IMG/VR virus record: IMGVR_UViG_3300032284_001133
Coordinates: 20,061-84,060 of that record
Strand: one strand, 5' to 3'
Source of the DNA: a virus
DNA: 64,000 nt
How positions within the stretch are numbered: position 1 is the stretch's first letter; every line of letters starts with the position of its first letter. Shown here one piece after another: positions 28,173-39,700 of the stretch. The notes beneath the pieces were generated by a model that saw nothing but the letters and a program-made list of their open reading frames with translations, made no database searches and had not been told where the DNA came from. Both the position numbers and the translations under genes were made by a program.

Positions 28173-28442
28173 ATGTTAACTATAGAATCTTCTTTAGACT
28201 GGACCAAAGTAGACACTGAGCTACAACGATTAGGCAAAATGCTTCCTATGTTTACGCATGATATTAAAAAAATATCAAAACATCTTTCTGAAGAAGTTAA
28301 AAAATTGTCTCAATTAGAAGTGGAACATAGAAATAGACACAGCGGCAGAACTGAACAACTGTGCAAAGATCAATGTTCTAAAATAAATCAAGAACTTAAA
28401 AAAATAGAACAATACCATTTAATGTCCTTGCTTGCTAAGTAG
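28173..28442 (+). CDS. Hypothetical helical protein
   Basis: 89 aa ORF filling the gap. Confidence 0.65.
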   Translation: MLTIESSLDWTKVDTELQRLGKMLPMFTHDIKKISKHLSEEVKKLSQLEVEHRNRHSGRTEQLCKDQCSKINQELKKIEQYHLMSLLAK

Positions 28443-28454
28443 GTAAATATTGGT

Positions 28455-28997
28455 ATGACTACTTCATGGATATATCCTACATCTGTTACTCAATCCGCAG
28501 AATTTTTAGAACATATTGAATGGTATAGTTCTAACGGAAATTTAAATGTTTTATCTCAGTTAGATACTAATCATATACGCACCGTTAAAAATCTTTTGCA
28601 TATATCTAATGCTACAGCAGGAGATATTAGACAAAAAACTTGGTACCTTTTTTGTACAGGTTTTAATTTTGACACATTACCTGATACAATCACCGGTCTT
28701 GATATTCAATTAAATGTAGTTAGAGGAAGAGTAGTAGAAGACGTAGTGCAGTTAGTTTATCAAGGATCTTTAATAGGTGATAATAAAGTCTATTATTCAC
28801 AAGACATTGAAAATCATATCAATGTTGTACCAAACCCTATGTATAGCGGTGCAAATGATTATTGGAAGACAAATTTAACTTCAGCAATATTATCGGATCC
28901 TACATTTGGAGTTTGTTTACGTTTTCAAAGCCACCCATATTATCCGCACAGTGAAGTTCCAGTTTTACATACAGTAGCTATGCGAGTTAATGGCTAA
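28455..28997 (+). CDS. Hypothetical protein, likely virion-associated
   Basis: 180 aa; TAAATA 28444-28449 lies 5 nt upstream of the ATG. Confidence 0.7.
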   Translation: MTTSWIYPTSVTQSAEFLEHIEWYSSNGNLNVLSQLDTNHIRTVKNLLHISNATAGDIRQKTWYLFCTGFNFDTLPDTITGLDIQLNVVRGRVVEDVVQLVYQGSLIGDNKVYYSQDIENHINVVPNPMYSGANDYWKTNLTSAILSDPTFGVCLRFQSHPYYPHSEVPVLHTVAMRVNG

Positions 28998-29018
28998 ATA
29001 TGAATAAAGGAAACCTGC

Positions 29019-30020
29019 ATGAGTACTGAAGTTCTACGATTATCTGGTGATTACAAAATTCAAGCCAATCCTGGAGGAACCATTACTATGGATCCTACTG
29101 GTCCTTCTGCAACTACAGGTACAGTTTTAATTAATGGTAATTTAACAGTATTAGGTCAACAATCATATTTTCAAACTAACGACACGTTAATCAAAGACAA
29201 TGTTATTGTTTTAAACGACGGTGAAACTAATGGCTATGTTACTGCTGGATCTGCAGGGGTTGTTATAGATCGAGGAAATCATTACAGCAACACCTTGTCT
29301 GCTGTATTACTATTTGAAGAACAAAATTGGTCGGCTGCAGGCGTAAAACAAGTTAGAGGTATCTGGGATTTTAAAGTAGCAAATGTACAATCAGCTCTTA
29401 GAGCTAACGCAATTTTATTTGACGGGCAGGGTGCAAATTTAGATGGTCGTTTACTACTATTTGGAAACCAAGTCGGTATGTTAAATGTTGGATCACAAGG
29501 CGATCCAACAGGTGTTAGTTATGCTAGTCGAGTAACTCAAGAAAACGATATTCCTAACAAGTACTATGTTGACCACGTAGTATCTCAATCAACTGAAGTA
29601 AATTTTGCAACATCAGCAACTTATATTCAACAAGGTAATAGTTCTGTAATTATTAATGATTTTACAGTAACTGGTCAGCCTAGTAATATTATTGCCTACA
29701 TTGATAACGAACAAACAGTTTTTATAGAAACAGATACCGTAGCACTTGCTGGCATTGCAATCACTAGCAGTACAATTAGAGCAAGTACTACTAACACAGA
29801 TTTAATTTTATTAACAAATGGTACAGGAAACATTATAGCCAATGCGGCAGTATCGTTTCAAGTACCTCATATACCTCCTAGTTATACACACAATCAGGTT
29901 AAAGTTTACAGCACTTCAACTCCGGGATCAGGCGCATCAGGCCTATTGTATGTAAATAACTTAGGTAGTGATGAATTAACAGGAGCACGTAGGGCTATGG
30001 TTTTTAGCCTTATATTGTAA
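29019..30020 (+). CDS. Putative virion structural/fibre-associated protein
   Basis: INGNLTVLG...IKDNVIVLN...AGVVIDRG and DIPNKYYVD fibre-type motifs; TAAATA 28995-29000 and SD AAGGA. Confidence 0.7.
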   Translation: MSTEVLRLSGDYKIQANPGGTITMDPTGPSATTGTVLINGNLTVLGQQSYFQTNDTLIKDNVIVLNDGETNGYVTAGSAGVVIDRGNHYSNTLSAVLLFEEQNWSAAGVKQVRGIWDFKVANVQSALRANAILFDGQGANLDGRLLLFGNQVGMLNVGSQGDPTGVSYASRVTQENDIPNKYYVDHVVSQSTEVNFATSATYIQQGNSSVIINDFTVTGQPSNIIAYIDNEQTVFIETDTVALAGIAITSSTIRASTTNTDLILLTNGTGNIIANAAVSFQVPHIPPSYTHNQVKVYSTSTPGSGASGLLYVNNLGSDELTGARRAMVFSLIL

Positions 30021-30030
30021 AGGATAAAAA

Positions 30031-30348
30031 ATGGCAATAACAAACAATTTATTAATTGCAACAGCACCTACCGTAGTGTTTACTGCAAGCGGCGAACAGG
30101 CAATTACTACTATGATATTTTGTAATACTACTCAGACAACTGATGATTTAGTTACAGTATGGATTGTTCCTTCAACACAACCTCTTGACATTAGTCGTAT
30201 GGTAATGAATCAAGTATCTTTACCAAAAGGCGAAACTTTTGCATTAGATTCTGAAAGATTTGTATTATCAGATGGAGATACAATCCAAGCACAATCTGCA
30301 CAAAATGGTATTATATCTTGCACTATTAGTAGCATGGCGACTCATTAA
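30031..30348 (+). CDS. Small beta-rich virion protein (likely paralogue of 36344..36730)
   Basis: PTVVFTASGEQAITTMIFCN...FVLSDGDTIQA; SD AAGGA. Confidence 0.7.
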   Translation: MAITNNLLIATAPTVVFTASGEQAITTMIFCNTTQTTDDLVTVWIVPSTQPLDISRMVMNQVSLPKGETFALDSERFVLSDGDTIQAQSAQNGIISCTISSMATH

Positions 30349-30350
30349 TT

Positions 30351-31076
30351 ATGAAATTTTATAAACGCAAACCAATTGATCAACATAACCCGATAGATAG
30401 TTCATGGGCTGTGAATAGTGACGGGACTATTGTTACAAATGCAAATGGTTCAATGGAAGTCCCGTCAGGCAATACAGGGCAAAGACCTACTTCGACAGTA
30501 GATGGACAAATGCGTTATAACACTACGTTAAATGAAGACGAAGCACACATTAACGGCGTATGGGAACGTATTAGAACAGTACGCCCGTCGACTATTATAG
30601 TTCAAAATTTAGGAAGCGGAAATTATCTTAATACATATTTTGGACCTTTAAATCCAGATTATGAACCGTCATATGCAAAAAGTTCTGCAAATATAATGGT
30701 GTATGTTGATAATGTTTATCAAATTCCTGAATATAATTATTCATTAACGTTAACTTCCCCTGCAGATTTTCAAATATCAACCAGTGACAATGTTGGTATA
30801 GGCAGTTCAACAATTCCTCTTTCAACCCTTACTAATGTACTAGTAGGAATGACAGTTAGCGGATCTTCAGCATTGCAAGCAAATACTACAGTTGCATCTA
30901 TTGATTCATCATCAACTTCTATAGTGCTTAGTTTACAAACAGTTGATAATATTCCATCATCGACTTCGATAGATTTTACCTATACCACAGGTACATATAT
31001 TAATTTTTCAGGACCTGTTCCTATGAAACCAGTAATTGCATTATTTGGTTTCGACGGCTATTTTCCTCCAGCCTGA
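30351..31076 (+). CDS. Putative virion structural protein
   Basis: VPSGNTGQRP...GQMRYNT and IMVYVDNVYQIP motifs, common in phage fibre/baseplate-periphery proteins. Confidence 0.7.
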   Translation: MKFYKRKPIDQHNPIDSSWAVNSDGTIVTNANGSMEVPSGNTGQRPTSTVDGQMRYNTTLNEDEAHINGVWERIRTVRPSTIIVQNLGSGNYLNTYFGPLNPDYEPSYAKSSANIMVYVDNVYQIPEYNYSLTLTSPADFQISTSDNVGIGSSTIPLSTLTNVLVGMTVSGSSALQANTTVASIDSSSTSIVLSLQTVDNIPSSTSIDFTYTTGTYINFSGPVPMKPVIALFGFDGYFPPA

Positions 31077-31107
31077 CCTTTAAAAACCACAAATATCCTA
31101 GCGGGAA

Positions 31108-31208
31108 TAAATACATTCGATGCCAGAATTTTTGGCAGTCGATCATACAGTGGTAAACCCGCTATGTAAGGTGGTTATCCGTGAAACACGGTGTATTGAG
31201 GAGCTGAC
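31108..31208 (+). promoter_or_regulatory. Late promoter box plus multi-stem 5' leader (candidate cis-regulatory RNA)
   Basis: TAAATA 31108-31113; stems TGCCAG/TTGGCA, ATACA/TGTAT, AGTGG/CCGCT and CCGTG/CACGG; SD GAGGAG. Confidence 0.55.
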
Positions 31209-34200
31209 ATGGCCGTAGGTCGTATAACGGGTCCACTCTTAGCGCAGAATCTTAACCGCGACGGAGTTGACTTATCATTTGAAACAGATTTATTATACCT
31301 TGACGTTAATAATGGTCAGATCGGTATTAAAACTGCAAGTCCTCAATACACGCTAGATGTAAACGGCACACTTCATACTTTAAATTTAATTGCAGATAAC
31401 ACCAGCACTATTGGACTAATGGTGTTTTCTAGTACTACGTCTAGTAGTACAGTTTCTACATTACACGGTCCTATATCTATTGCTCCATCTGGGCAAGAAA
31501 ACATCTACTTAGTTGGTAACACATTTGTTACTGGTGATGTACGTGCTACTGGTAACTTTTATGCACGTGGTAACATACAATTAGGTGTTTATACAGCTAC
31601 TGATACTATTTCGTTTGGTGGCGAGGTTAACACAAACATTACACCTTTTATTAGTTCAGGAACATACTATTCTACTGTAACTAATGGTACTACGGTCACT
31701 ACTTTTACAACTAATACTAGTGTATTTTCTGGATTTAATTTTGGTAGTACTACTAGCTACTGGGCTGGAGGTTATTTCCAAGATTTGTATGCTAATACAA
31801 TTAGTCCAGCAGATACCGCAACAAATATTACAATGTTTCCTAACCCTGTCTTAAACAGTAAAGGGTTACCAGGAAATGCATTAACAATCAATGGCGACAT
31901 AAGAGTATACGGCGGAAGTCCTATTGGTACAGCACCGGTGGTTAGTAACGTACTTTATGTGACTATGGACGGAAATGATTCTAACGATGGTCGAGCAGAA
32001 GATGCTAGTCGTGCTTGTCGTACCATCAGCGGTGCAGTAAATAGTCCGTTTTATAAACAAGGAACAGTTATTAAAGTCCGTAGCGGACACTATTACGAAA
32101 ACAATCCTATTCAATTATTACCTTATACATCAGTAATAGGAGATGATTTACGTACAACATTTATCGAACCTTTAAACAAAACAGTTGACTTATTTCATGT
32201 TAATTCAGGTGTTTACATTGCACAAATGCAATTTAGAAATTTACGAAGAGGCCAAGTAACCCGTTACGCCCCAGGCGGAGCAGGTACATATACCACTGGT
32301 GCTTATTGCGTAGCATTTCCTCCTAGTTTAACGAATCCTATAGATTTATTTTACAGTCCATATATTCAAAATTGTACTAATCAATCCGGTCCTTGGCTAC
32401 GTGACGGTACTATGTTTGTACCTAATCAAACAGTTCAAGTTCCTAATGTTGTTGCTACAAGCACATACGTTGCAGGAACTTTAACATTAACAGTTAATGT
32501 TGTACCTGGAACAATTGAGATGATTGAAATAGGTAATACTGTTAACGGTTCTGGAATAGTAACAGATTCATTAAACGAAGTTCCTGTAGTTGTGAGCATA
32601 CAAAATCCAGATTTTGGATTTAATAATGCCGCTATATTGCTAACAAAAAATAAAAATTATCTAATAGCCGAAACTATTGGTTACATTAATTATAATAATA
32701 GCGGATTTACTTACAATCAAGACACATGCAAAAGAGATTTAGGATTAATAATTGATGCTATTATTCATGATTCTGTGTTAGGTGGAAATGAAAAATCTGT
32801 TGAAGCAGGACTTGCATATTGGACTGGAAATAACAATATTATTTCTAATGAAATATCAACAACAACTAATGCTATTTCTTATCTAGGAACCATAGCTCAA
32901 AATATTATAGCAAACACACATCCAGGAACAACTTATCAAAATACTGTTCAACAATATATTGATACTGATTTAACAGGCGGAAGTGTTGCCGGAACAAATA
33001 TCACAGCATGTATTAATACAATTAATGATATAATTCAAAATTGGGCAGGTGTCGAAAATGCCGCTAGTTTATTAACAGCCAATAGAAGTTTTATTCAATC
33101 AGAAGTTGTTGCTTATGTCAATAATACTTTTGGTGCTCCATTTAATTATGATCAAACTAAATGTGCTAGAGATACAGGATTAATTGTTGATAGTATTAGT
33201 TTAGATTTAATGTATCAAGGAACAAGCCAAAGTAATTTTACAGGTTTACAATATTGGAATCACTCAGCAACCACTAATTCTATATTATTAGGCGAACAAA
33301 CTACAACAACCAATGCTATAAACTACATTAAAAATTTAGCATTACAAATTGTAACTAACACACCTATTATAACTCATTATCAAAATACTGTACCTCAAGT
33401 AATAAATTCTTTTACTGGTACTACTACAAACATTACATCTGAGTTTAATTTAATTGTTTCTATTATTAATAGTGGGACACATGGAGTTACTGATTTAATT
33501 GTACCAAACGGAATTACAAGTGTTAATACACTTACGGTTAATACCTATAATTTATTAGAGGCAAACAAAACATTTTTACAAGCAGAGGCTGTAGCTTTTG
33601 TAGAAGCAACTAAAACAGCAGGTTTTCATTATACTACCGCAACATGTTATCGAGATGTTGGTTATATTATTGATAGTGTAGCATTTGATATTCTACACAG
33701 CGGCAATAGACAAGCAATTCAAGCTGGTACCTACTATTATGGTTATAGTACAACTGATAGTGCTATTCCAAATGAGTCTATACAAACGATTGCGGCCTAT
33801 AATTATTTAAAAACTATAGTAGAATATGTAGTCACAGCAACACCTATACAGAATCCATATCAAACATATTCTTTACAAAATTATTCTTATCCTCCAGCTA
33901 CAGGTTTAGAAGTTACAACATTAAAAAATGATATTGATTTAATTATTAGTATTATTAAAAATGGACCAAGTGCTGCCGGACCTAAAACACCTATTGGATT
34001 AACTCCAAGTTCTAATCCTAATGTAGCTAAAGCATATACATTGTTAAATGCTAATAGGTCTTTTATTGCTAGTGAAATTGTTTCATTTATTAATGCAACG
34101 TTCCCTCAATCAGGATTTAAATACAATCAAGATATATGTTACAGAGATATTGGATATATTATAGATGCAGTACAAAATGACATCTTACATAAATCAAACA

Positions 34201-36326
34201 CTAGTACAATATATGCAGGTTTACAGTATTGGAACGGACAATATACTTCTTTAAAGGGAGAAATTCCTCAAACATACTATGCAATAGAATATGCTAAAAA
34301 TCTAGCAGTTGATGTTATTTCAAATACAACAGTTACTCAACTTTTACAAACTGGTACTAATGTTGTCAATCAAGTTATCAACTACGATTTAACAAATGGA
34401 TCAACAGCTACAACATCTTTGCAAACTGCATTTGATATTGTAGCAGGTATTGTTCAATATGGTCCCGAAGCGGCACCATTAACTACTAAATCAAATCTAA
34501 CACAATTTATTGTTACATTAAGCACATCAACTACAGCAGGAGCATCTAACGATACAATTTATTTTGGTGATACATCAGTATATCCGTTGCAAGATGAATT
34601 TATACCTACTGCTTGGTCAACAAGTACCAACGCCGATAGAAGAATTGATCCGCACGGATCGGGCGGAGGTGCTCTTGTAGACGGTAATGCTCCATCGTTA
34701 AGAAGCCCTATTCAATCTTTTGTATTTGATGCGTTTACACAGGTTAATCAAGGTGGTAATGGCATACACATTATTAACAAGGGATATGCTCAGTTAGTTT
34801 CTGTGTTTACAATTTTCTGTGACGTTGCTGTTCATTGTGAAAGCGGTGGTATTTGTTCTATTACAAATAGTAATAGCAACTTTGGAGACTTATGTTTAGT
34901 ATCAGAGGGATTCGGTCCAAGAGAATTCGGAGGAACAATTTACAATCCTCCTATTGAAAACTATCCATTAGGGTTCTATCCATACAATCAAGAAGTGGCT
35001 GTATTTGTTCCTAATCCCCTTAATCGTCCACATATTAGTTTAGTAATGGAGGTAGTTCCTCCTGACACTTATGTTGACTACGATGGCAATATTGTTCCTT
35101 ATGTTAACGAACAAGGTTTTCCTGGATTTCTATCAGGTGCATCAAGCATGGATGTACTAACCACAGGATCATATGTTATTACAACAAATTCTTCAACTGG
35201 TATAGTTTTTGATACAACTGATATTGCAGTTGGACAAAATGTTTATATTGTAGATCAATATGGAAGCCAGTACGATTCACATAATAATCTATATCTAAAT
35301 GCAAATACAGTAGTTACAAAAGTAGAATACCAATCTATCACTTTAAGTAATCCTATTAATGCAGGCGGCGGCCAATCTGGAAATGCAAATTATTTTAATA
35401 TATACACATGCGGCAATGCGTATTATTCTATTTTGTCTAGCGTAGTTGCTCCAGATCCTATCCCTGCAGGTCAAAGCAAAATTACAGGTCAAGTTACTGA
35501 AACTATAGCGGCAATCAATTATGCTAATACCTTGTCTCAGAAAATTATTTCAAATCAAATTGTTACTAGTTTACAAACAGGAACAACAACATCTACTCAA
35601 ATTACAAATAATTCGTTAAATGGGGCACCTGCTGGTTCGTTTATTGCTAACGAATTTAATATTATTAACAGCATCATATTGACGGGTCCAAACAATGCCC
35701 CTGTAGTTACAACAACAGGTACAATCGCTACAAATGCACCCGATGCGGCCAGCTTGTTGTCATTAAACAGATCATTTATTCAAGATGAAGTTATTGCCTA
35801 TGTAAATTCAGCGTACCCTGGGTTTAATTACAATCAAAGAAAATGTAGAAGGGACGTTGGATTACTAATAGATGCAGTAGTAGCAGATTTGAATACAGGT
35901 GGAAATTTCCGTGCTATAGAAGCAGGAGGAACATACTATTCTAAATCAGGAACATATCATATTGTAACTCTTGAAGATAACGTAAGAAATCCTTTATTAT
36001 TTGTCGATGGGGTAACAGTTAACTTCTATCAACGTAGCTACATGAGCGCAAGCGGATATTTGTTTGAGTATGTAGGTGCTGGTACGCAATACGGCGCACT
36101 ACCTCAGGTAGGAAAAGCAGATCCTATACAGAGTAAAGAAGTAATTCAGTTAAATAATGGTAAGGTGTTCTTTACTTCAACGGATCAAAACGGTGATTTC
36201 AGGATCGGCCCAGGGCTCGTTATTAGCCAAGCAACAGGCGTTTTAAGTGGACGAACTTTCCAAAAGAGCTTGTATGCAGAAATGACACCGTTCATTTTAG
36301 CAGTTGAAGCTGGTAGCAGTGAGTAA
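31209..36326 (+). CDS. Giant putative virion protein: pectin-lyase-like beta-helix core with 5 CxRD helical (phycobiliprotein/globin-like) modules
   Basis: VLYVTMDGNDSNDGR...IKVRSGHYYE...VIGDDLR core; CxRD codons at 32727, 33162, 33645, 34137 and 35844. Confidence 0.8.
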   Translation: MAVGRITGPLLAQNLNRDGVDLSFETDLLYLDVNNGQIGIKTASPQYTLDVNGTLHTLNLIADNTSTIGLMVFSSTTSSSTVSTLHGPISIAPSGQENIYLVGNTFVTGDVRATGNFYARGNIQLGVYTATDTISFGGEVNTNITPFISSGTYYSTVTNGTTVTTFTTNTSVFSGFNFGSTTSYWAGGYFQDLYANTISPADTATNITMFPNPVLNSKGLPGNALTINGDIRVYGGSPIGTAPVVSNVLYVTMDGNDSNDGRAEDASRACRTISGAVNSPFYKQGTVIKVRSGHYYENNPIQLLPYTSVIGDDLRTTFIEPLNKTVDLFHVNSGVYIAQMQFRNLRRGQVTRYAPGGAGTYTTGAYCVAFPPSLTNPIDLFYSPYIQNCTNQSGPWLRDGTMFVPNQTVQVPNVVATSTYVAGTLTLTVNVVPGTIEMIEIGNTVNGSGIVTDSLNEVPVVVSIQNPDFGFNNAAILLTKNKNYLIAETIGYINYNNSGFTYNQDTCKRDLGLIIDAIIHDSVLGGNEKSVEAGLAYWTGNNNIISNEISTTTNAISYLGTIAQNIIANTHPGTTYQNTVQQYIDTDLTGGSVAGTNITACINTINDIIQNWAGVENAASLLTANRSFIQSEVVAYVNNTFGAPFNYDQTKCARDTGLIVDSISLDLMYQGTSQSNFTGLQYWNHSATTNSILLGEQTTTTNAINYIKNLALQIVTNTPIITHYQNTVPQVINSFTGTTTNITSEFNLIVSIINSGTHGVTDLIVPNGITSVNTLTVNTYNLLEANKTFLQAEAVAFVEATKTAGFHYTTATCYRDVGYIIDSVAFDILHSGNRQAIQAGTYYYGYSTTDSAIPNESIQTIAAYNYLKTIVEYVVTATPIQNPYQTYSLQNYSYPPATGLEVTTLKNDIDLIISIIKNGPSAAGPKTPIGLTPSSNPNVAKAYTLLNANRSFIASEIVSFINATFPQSGFKYNQDICYRDIGYIIDAVQNDILHKSNTSTIYAGLQYWNGQYTSLKGEIPQTYYAIEYAKNLAVDVISNTTVTQLLQTGTNVVNQVINYDLTNGSTATTSLQTAFDIVAGIVQYGPEAAPLTTKSNLTQFIVTLSTSTTAGASNDTIYFGDTSVYPLQDEFIPTAWSTSTNADRRIDPHGSGGGALVDGNAPSLRSPIQSFVFDAFTQVNQGGNGIHIINKGYAQLVSVFTIFCDVAVHCESGGICSITNSNSNFGDLCLVSEGFGPREFGGTIYNPPIENYPLGFYPYNQEVAVFVPNPLNRPHISLVMEVVPPDTYVDYDGNIVPYVNEQGFPGFLSGASSMDVLTTGSYVITTNSSTGIVFDTTDIAVGQNVYIVDQYGSQYDSHNNLYLNANTVVTKVEYQSITLSNPINAGGGQSGNANYFNIYTCGNAYYSILSSVVAPDPIPAGQSKITGQVTETIAAINYANTLSQKIISNQIVTSLQTGTTTSTQITNNSLNGAPAGSFIANEFNIINSIILTGPNNAPVVTTTGTIATNAPDAASLLSLNRSFIQDEVIAYVNSAYPGFNYNQRKCRRDVGLLIDAVVADLNTGGNFRAIEAGGTYYSKSGTYHIVTLEDNVRNPLLFVDGVTVNFYQRSYMSASGYLFEYVGAGTQYGALPQVGKADPIQSKEVIQLNNGKVFFTSTDQNGDFRIGPGLVISQATGVLSGRTFQKSLYAEMTPFILAVEAGSSE

Positions 36327-36343
36327 AAATTAAGGAGAAATAA

Positions 36344-36730
36344 ATGGCATTAATTCCATTAAACACGTTTAGAACAATGACAGCGGTCTTGAATACCTCT
36401 ACCACTGCCACTGTTTACGTAGCACCAATTGGTGTTACAAGTATTATATTGATGGCGCAGGTTGCTAATGTTGATAACAATAACGCACATTATGTAACTA
36501 TGAGCCACCATAGAAATTTTAGAGTATTACCGAATGCACAAGGCAATAACGGTCAAGCACCAAATGTTATAACAGAAATTGTCTATGGATTTGGCGTTCC
36601 TAACAATGATTCGGCATCGCTGATTTCAGGTAAGATGATTTTAGAAAGCCAAGATAGCGTTATTGCTTATGCTGATACAACATCGACTATGAAGTTAACA
36701 TTATCGATTCTTGAGACAGCTAATACATAA
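36344..36730 (+). CDS. Small beta-rich virion protein
   Basis: TVYVAPIGVTSIILMAQVAN...GKMILESQDSV...LTLSILE; SD TAAGGAG. Confidence 0.75.
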   Translation: MALIPLNTFRTMTAVLNTSTTATVYVAPIGVTSIILMAQVANVDNNNAHYVTMSHHRNFRVLPNAQGNNGQAPNVITEIVYGFGVPNNDSASLISGKMILESQDSVIAYADTTSTMKLTLSILETANT

Positions 36731-36744
36731 TAAAGAGATAGAAC

Positions 36745-39700
36745 ATGCCTAAGTTACTAAGTAATAGAAAACCGGTTTTTCCGCCAAATAAGTTAACCGA
36801 TGATAGATTTAAATATCTCGGCCTAAGTCAGGCTCAACCTGCATTAGGAGAAGCTCCTACACAAAATGAGGGCTATACTATTCAGACTGATGGTACCGGT
36901 AAAGCTACATTTAGTGACACATTAGGTCAATTAAAATTTGTTAGTCAAAATATTAGTACAACATTACCTGGTGATATGACCTTTACTAATACCAATGGTA
37001 ACATTGTTATTAGTCCGTATGTTAAAGCACAAATAAATGGAAATTTTGAAGTAGAAGGTGATATTCTTGTCAAAGGTAAAAATCCATTAGGTACAGCACC
37101 AGTAGTCAGTAACGTACTTTATGTAACCATGGACGGTGATGATAAAAATGATGGTCGTGCTATGGATGCTACTCGTGCTTGTCGTACTATTAGTGGAGCT
37201 GTTCGTAGTCCTTACTATCAAGAAGGTACAGTCATTAAAGTATCATCAGGTCATTATTACGAAGAAAATCCTATTCCATTAAAAGGTTATACTTGTGTTA
37301 TTGGCGATGATTTAAGAACCGTTTTTATTGAACCATTAAATAGAGATCAAGATTTATTTCACGTTAACTCAGGTGTATATGTTGCACAAATGCAAATGCG
37401 TAATTTACGCAGAGGTAGTGTTGAACGCTATGCCCCAGGCGGAGCAGGTACATATACCACCGGTGCTTATTGCGTAGCATTTCCTCCTAGCTTAACCGAT
37501 CCTATTGATCTATATTACAGTCCATATATTCAAAATTGTACTAACCAAACAGGTCCTTGGTTAATGGACGGAACAATGTTTGTTCCAAACCAAACTGTTC
37601 AAATTCCTTTAGCAGCCGGTACAGCAACTTGGAGTGCAAATACCAATACAATTACTGTAGCAGTAAACTTAGGTACAATTTCAGTTGGCATGGCAGTCAA
37701 TGACGCGGCTAATGAGGGTTACAGAAATGCTCAATTGTTATTGCAAGAAAATAAAGTATTTTTACAAACTGAAGTTAATGCGTTCATTAATACAGAATAT
37801 TCAAGTCTAGTGTATGATACATCATTGAGTTTTAGAGATGTTGGTACACTAGTTGATGCAGTATCGGGTGATGCAAGATTTGGCGGTAACGGCCGAAGTA
37901 TTATTGCAGGTTTATCATACTGGAACGGAAACACCAGTGTACTAACCACTAATGAATCTCTTGCTTGTGTAGCGGCAATTAATTACCTTGCAACATTGGC
38001 TCAGTCAATTATAACTAATACTACTATAGCTTCACCGTATCAAAATTCAGTTTCTCAAACAATTGATAATTCTTTATCTGGTGGATCTGTAGTTTCAACT
38101 CGTATAACAAATTTATTTTCTATTATAACATCTATAATAACTGGAGGTCCTGGTTCGGAACCTGCTAGAGTAGATGATTTATACGGATTAATTTATCCAA
38201 CCGGTCTAAGTCCCAATCAAGTTAATAATGCAAGTACAGTTACAAATGTAGTAGACAACGGTGGTGGCTCATTTACCATTACGTTAAGTTCGCCGACCGT
38301 GTCTGAAAGCGATGATGCTACATTATATTTTGGTTATACAACAGTTTACCCATATTTAGATGCAGACATTCCTGATTACTGGTCAACAAGTACCAACGCC
38401 GATAGAAGACTAGATCCTCACGGAGCTGGAGGAGGAGCTTTAGTTGACGGAAATGCACCTTCTTTAAAATCTCCTATTCAATCATTTGTGTTCGATGCCT
38501 TTACTCAAGTTACACAGGGCGGACATGGCATACACATTATTAATAACGGATATGCACAGCTAGTTTCTGTGTTTACATTGTTCTGCGATCAGGCGGTTAC
38601 AACAGAAAACGGCGGTATCGCTTCTATTACTAACTCTAACGCCAACTTTGGTGATTTATGTTTAGTGTCTAAAGGTCTAGGAAAATTAGATTTTTCTGGA
38701 ATTGTTTGGAATCCCCCATACCCAACAAATAGACCTAATGGGCAATTCTATCCATTGGGTTACTGGCCGCAAAGACAACAAATGGAAGTGTTTATTCCTA
38801 ACAGCGTAAATCGACCACATATTGGTTTGGTTATGGAAGTTGTTCCTCCTGATACCTATCTAGATTACAGTAGCAATCGAGTACCGTACGTCAACTCAGA
38901 AGGTTATCCCGGTTATCTAGTTGCGGCATCTAATACAGGTACAATTACAACCGGTAGTTATACAATTAGTGGAATTGACACTACTGATATTGCAGTAGGA
39001 CATACTTTATACATTAGAGATATTTACGGACTCGAAGGGCCGTACGGAAGCACAACTACCTATGTAACAACAGGTACTCAGGTAGTTGACGTAGGGTTCC
39101 AAACTGTTACTCTAGATCAACCTATTTTAACAGGCGGCGGAGATGTTACAAATCCAAATTATCTAAATTTATATTTCTGCGGTAATGCTTACTATACAGT
39201 TTTATCAAGCCAAATTGATGAAACTTTATCTCATACCGGATCTGTTGCAACATCAGTTATTCCTGGAGAAGTAACTACTACCGCTAATGCTATTGCCTAT
39301 GCAAGAGATCTAGCGGTACAAATTATTGCAAATCAAACAGCAACATTATACCAAACAGATGTTGCTCAAATAATAGATCCAACATTTAATACAGGTGGTC
39401 CGCAAGGCCCTACTATTATTGATAGATTTAACGATATTATTGGTGTTATTACCGGAGGTAATCCTCAATTAGAATATAACATCAACGGACAATTTAAGAA
39501 AACAGATCAAAGTGTATTAGATGCGGCTAAATTATTAGAAAAGAATAGAAATTTTATTCAGGCACAAACTGCGGCATACGCAGATACACTATGGCCAAGC
39601 CGTTATAGTTATAATGCAGAAATCTGTGCTCGTGATACAGGACTGATTGTAGATGCTATTGCACAAGACATGTTGTTTAGTGGAACAAGCCAAAGTACTT

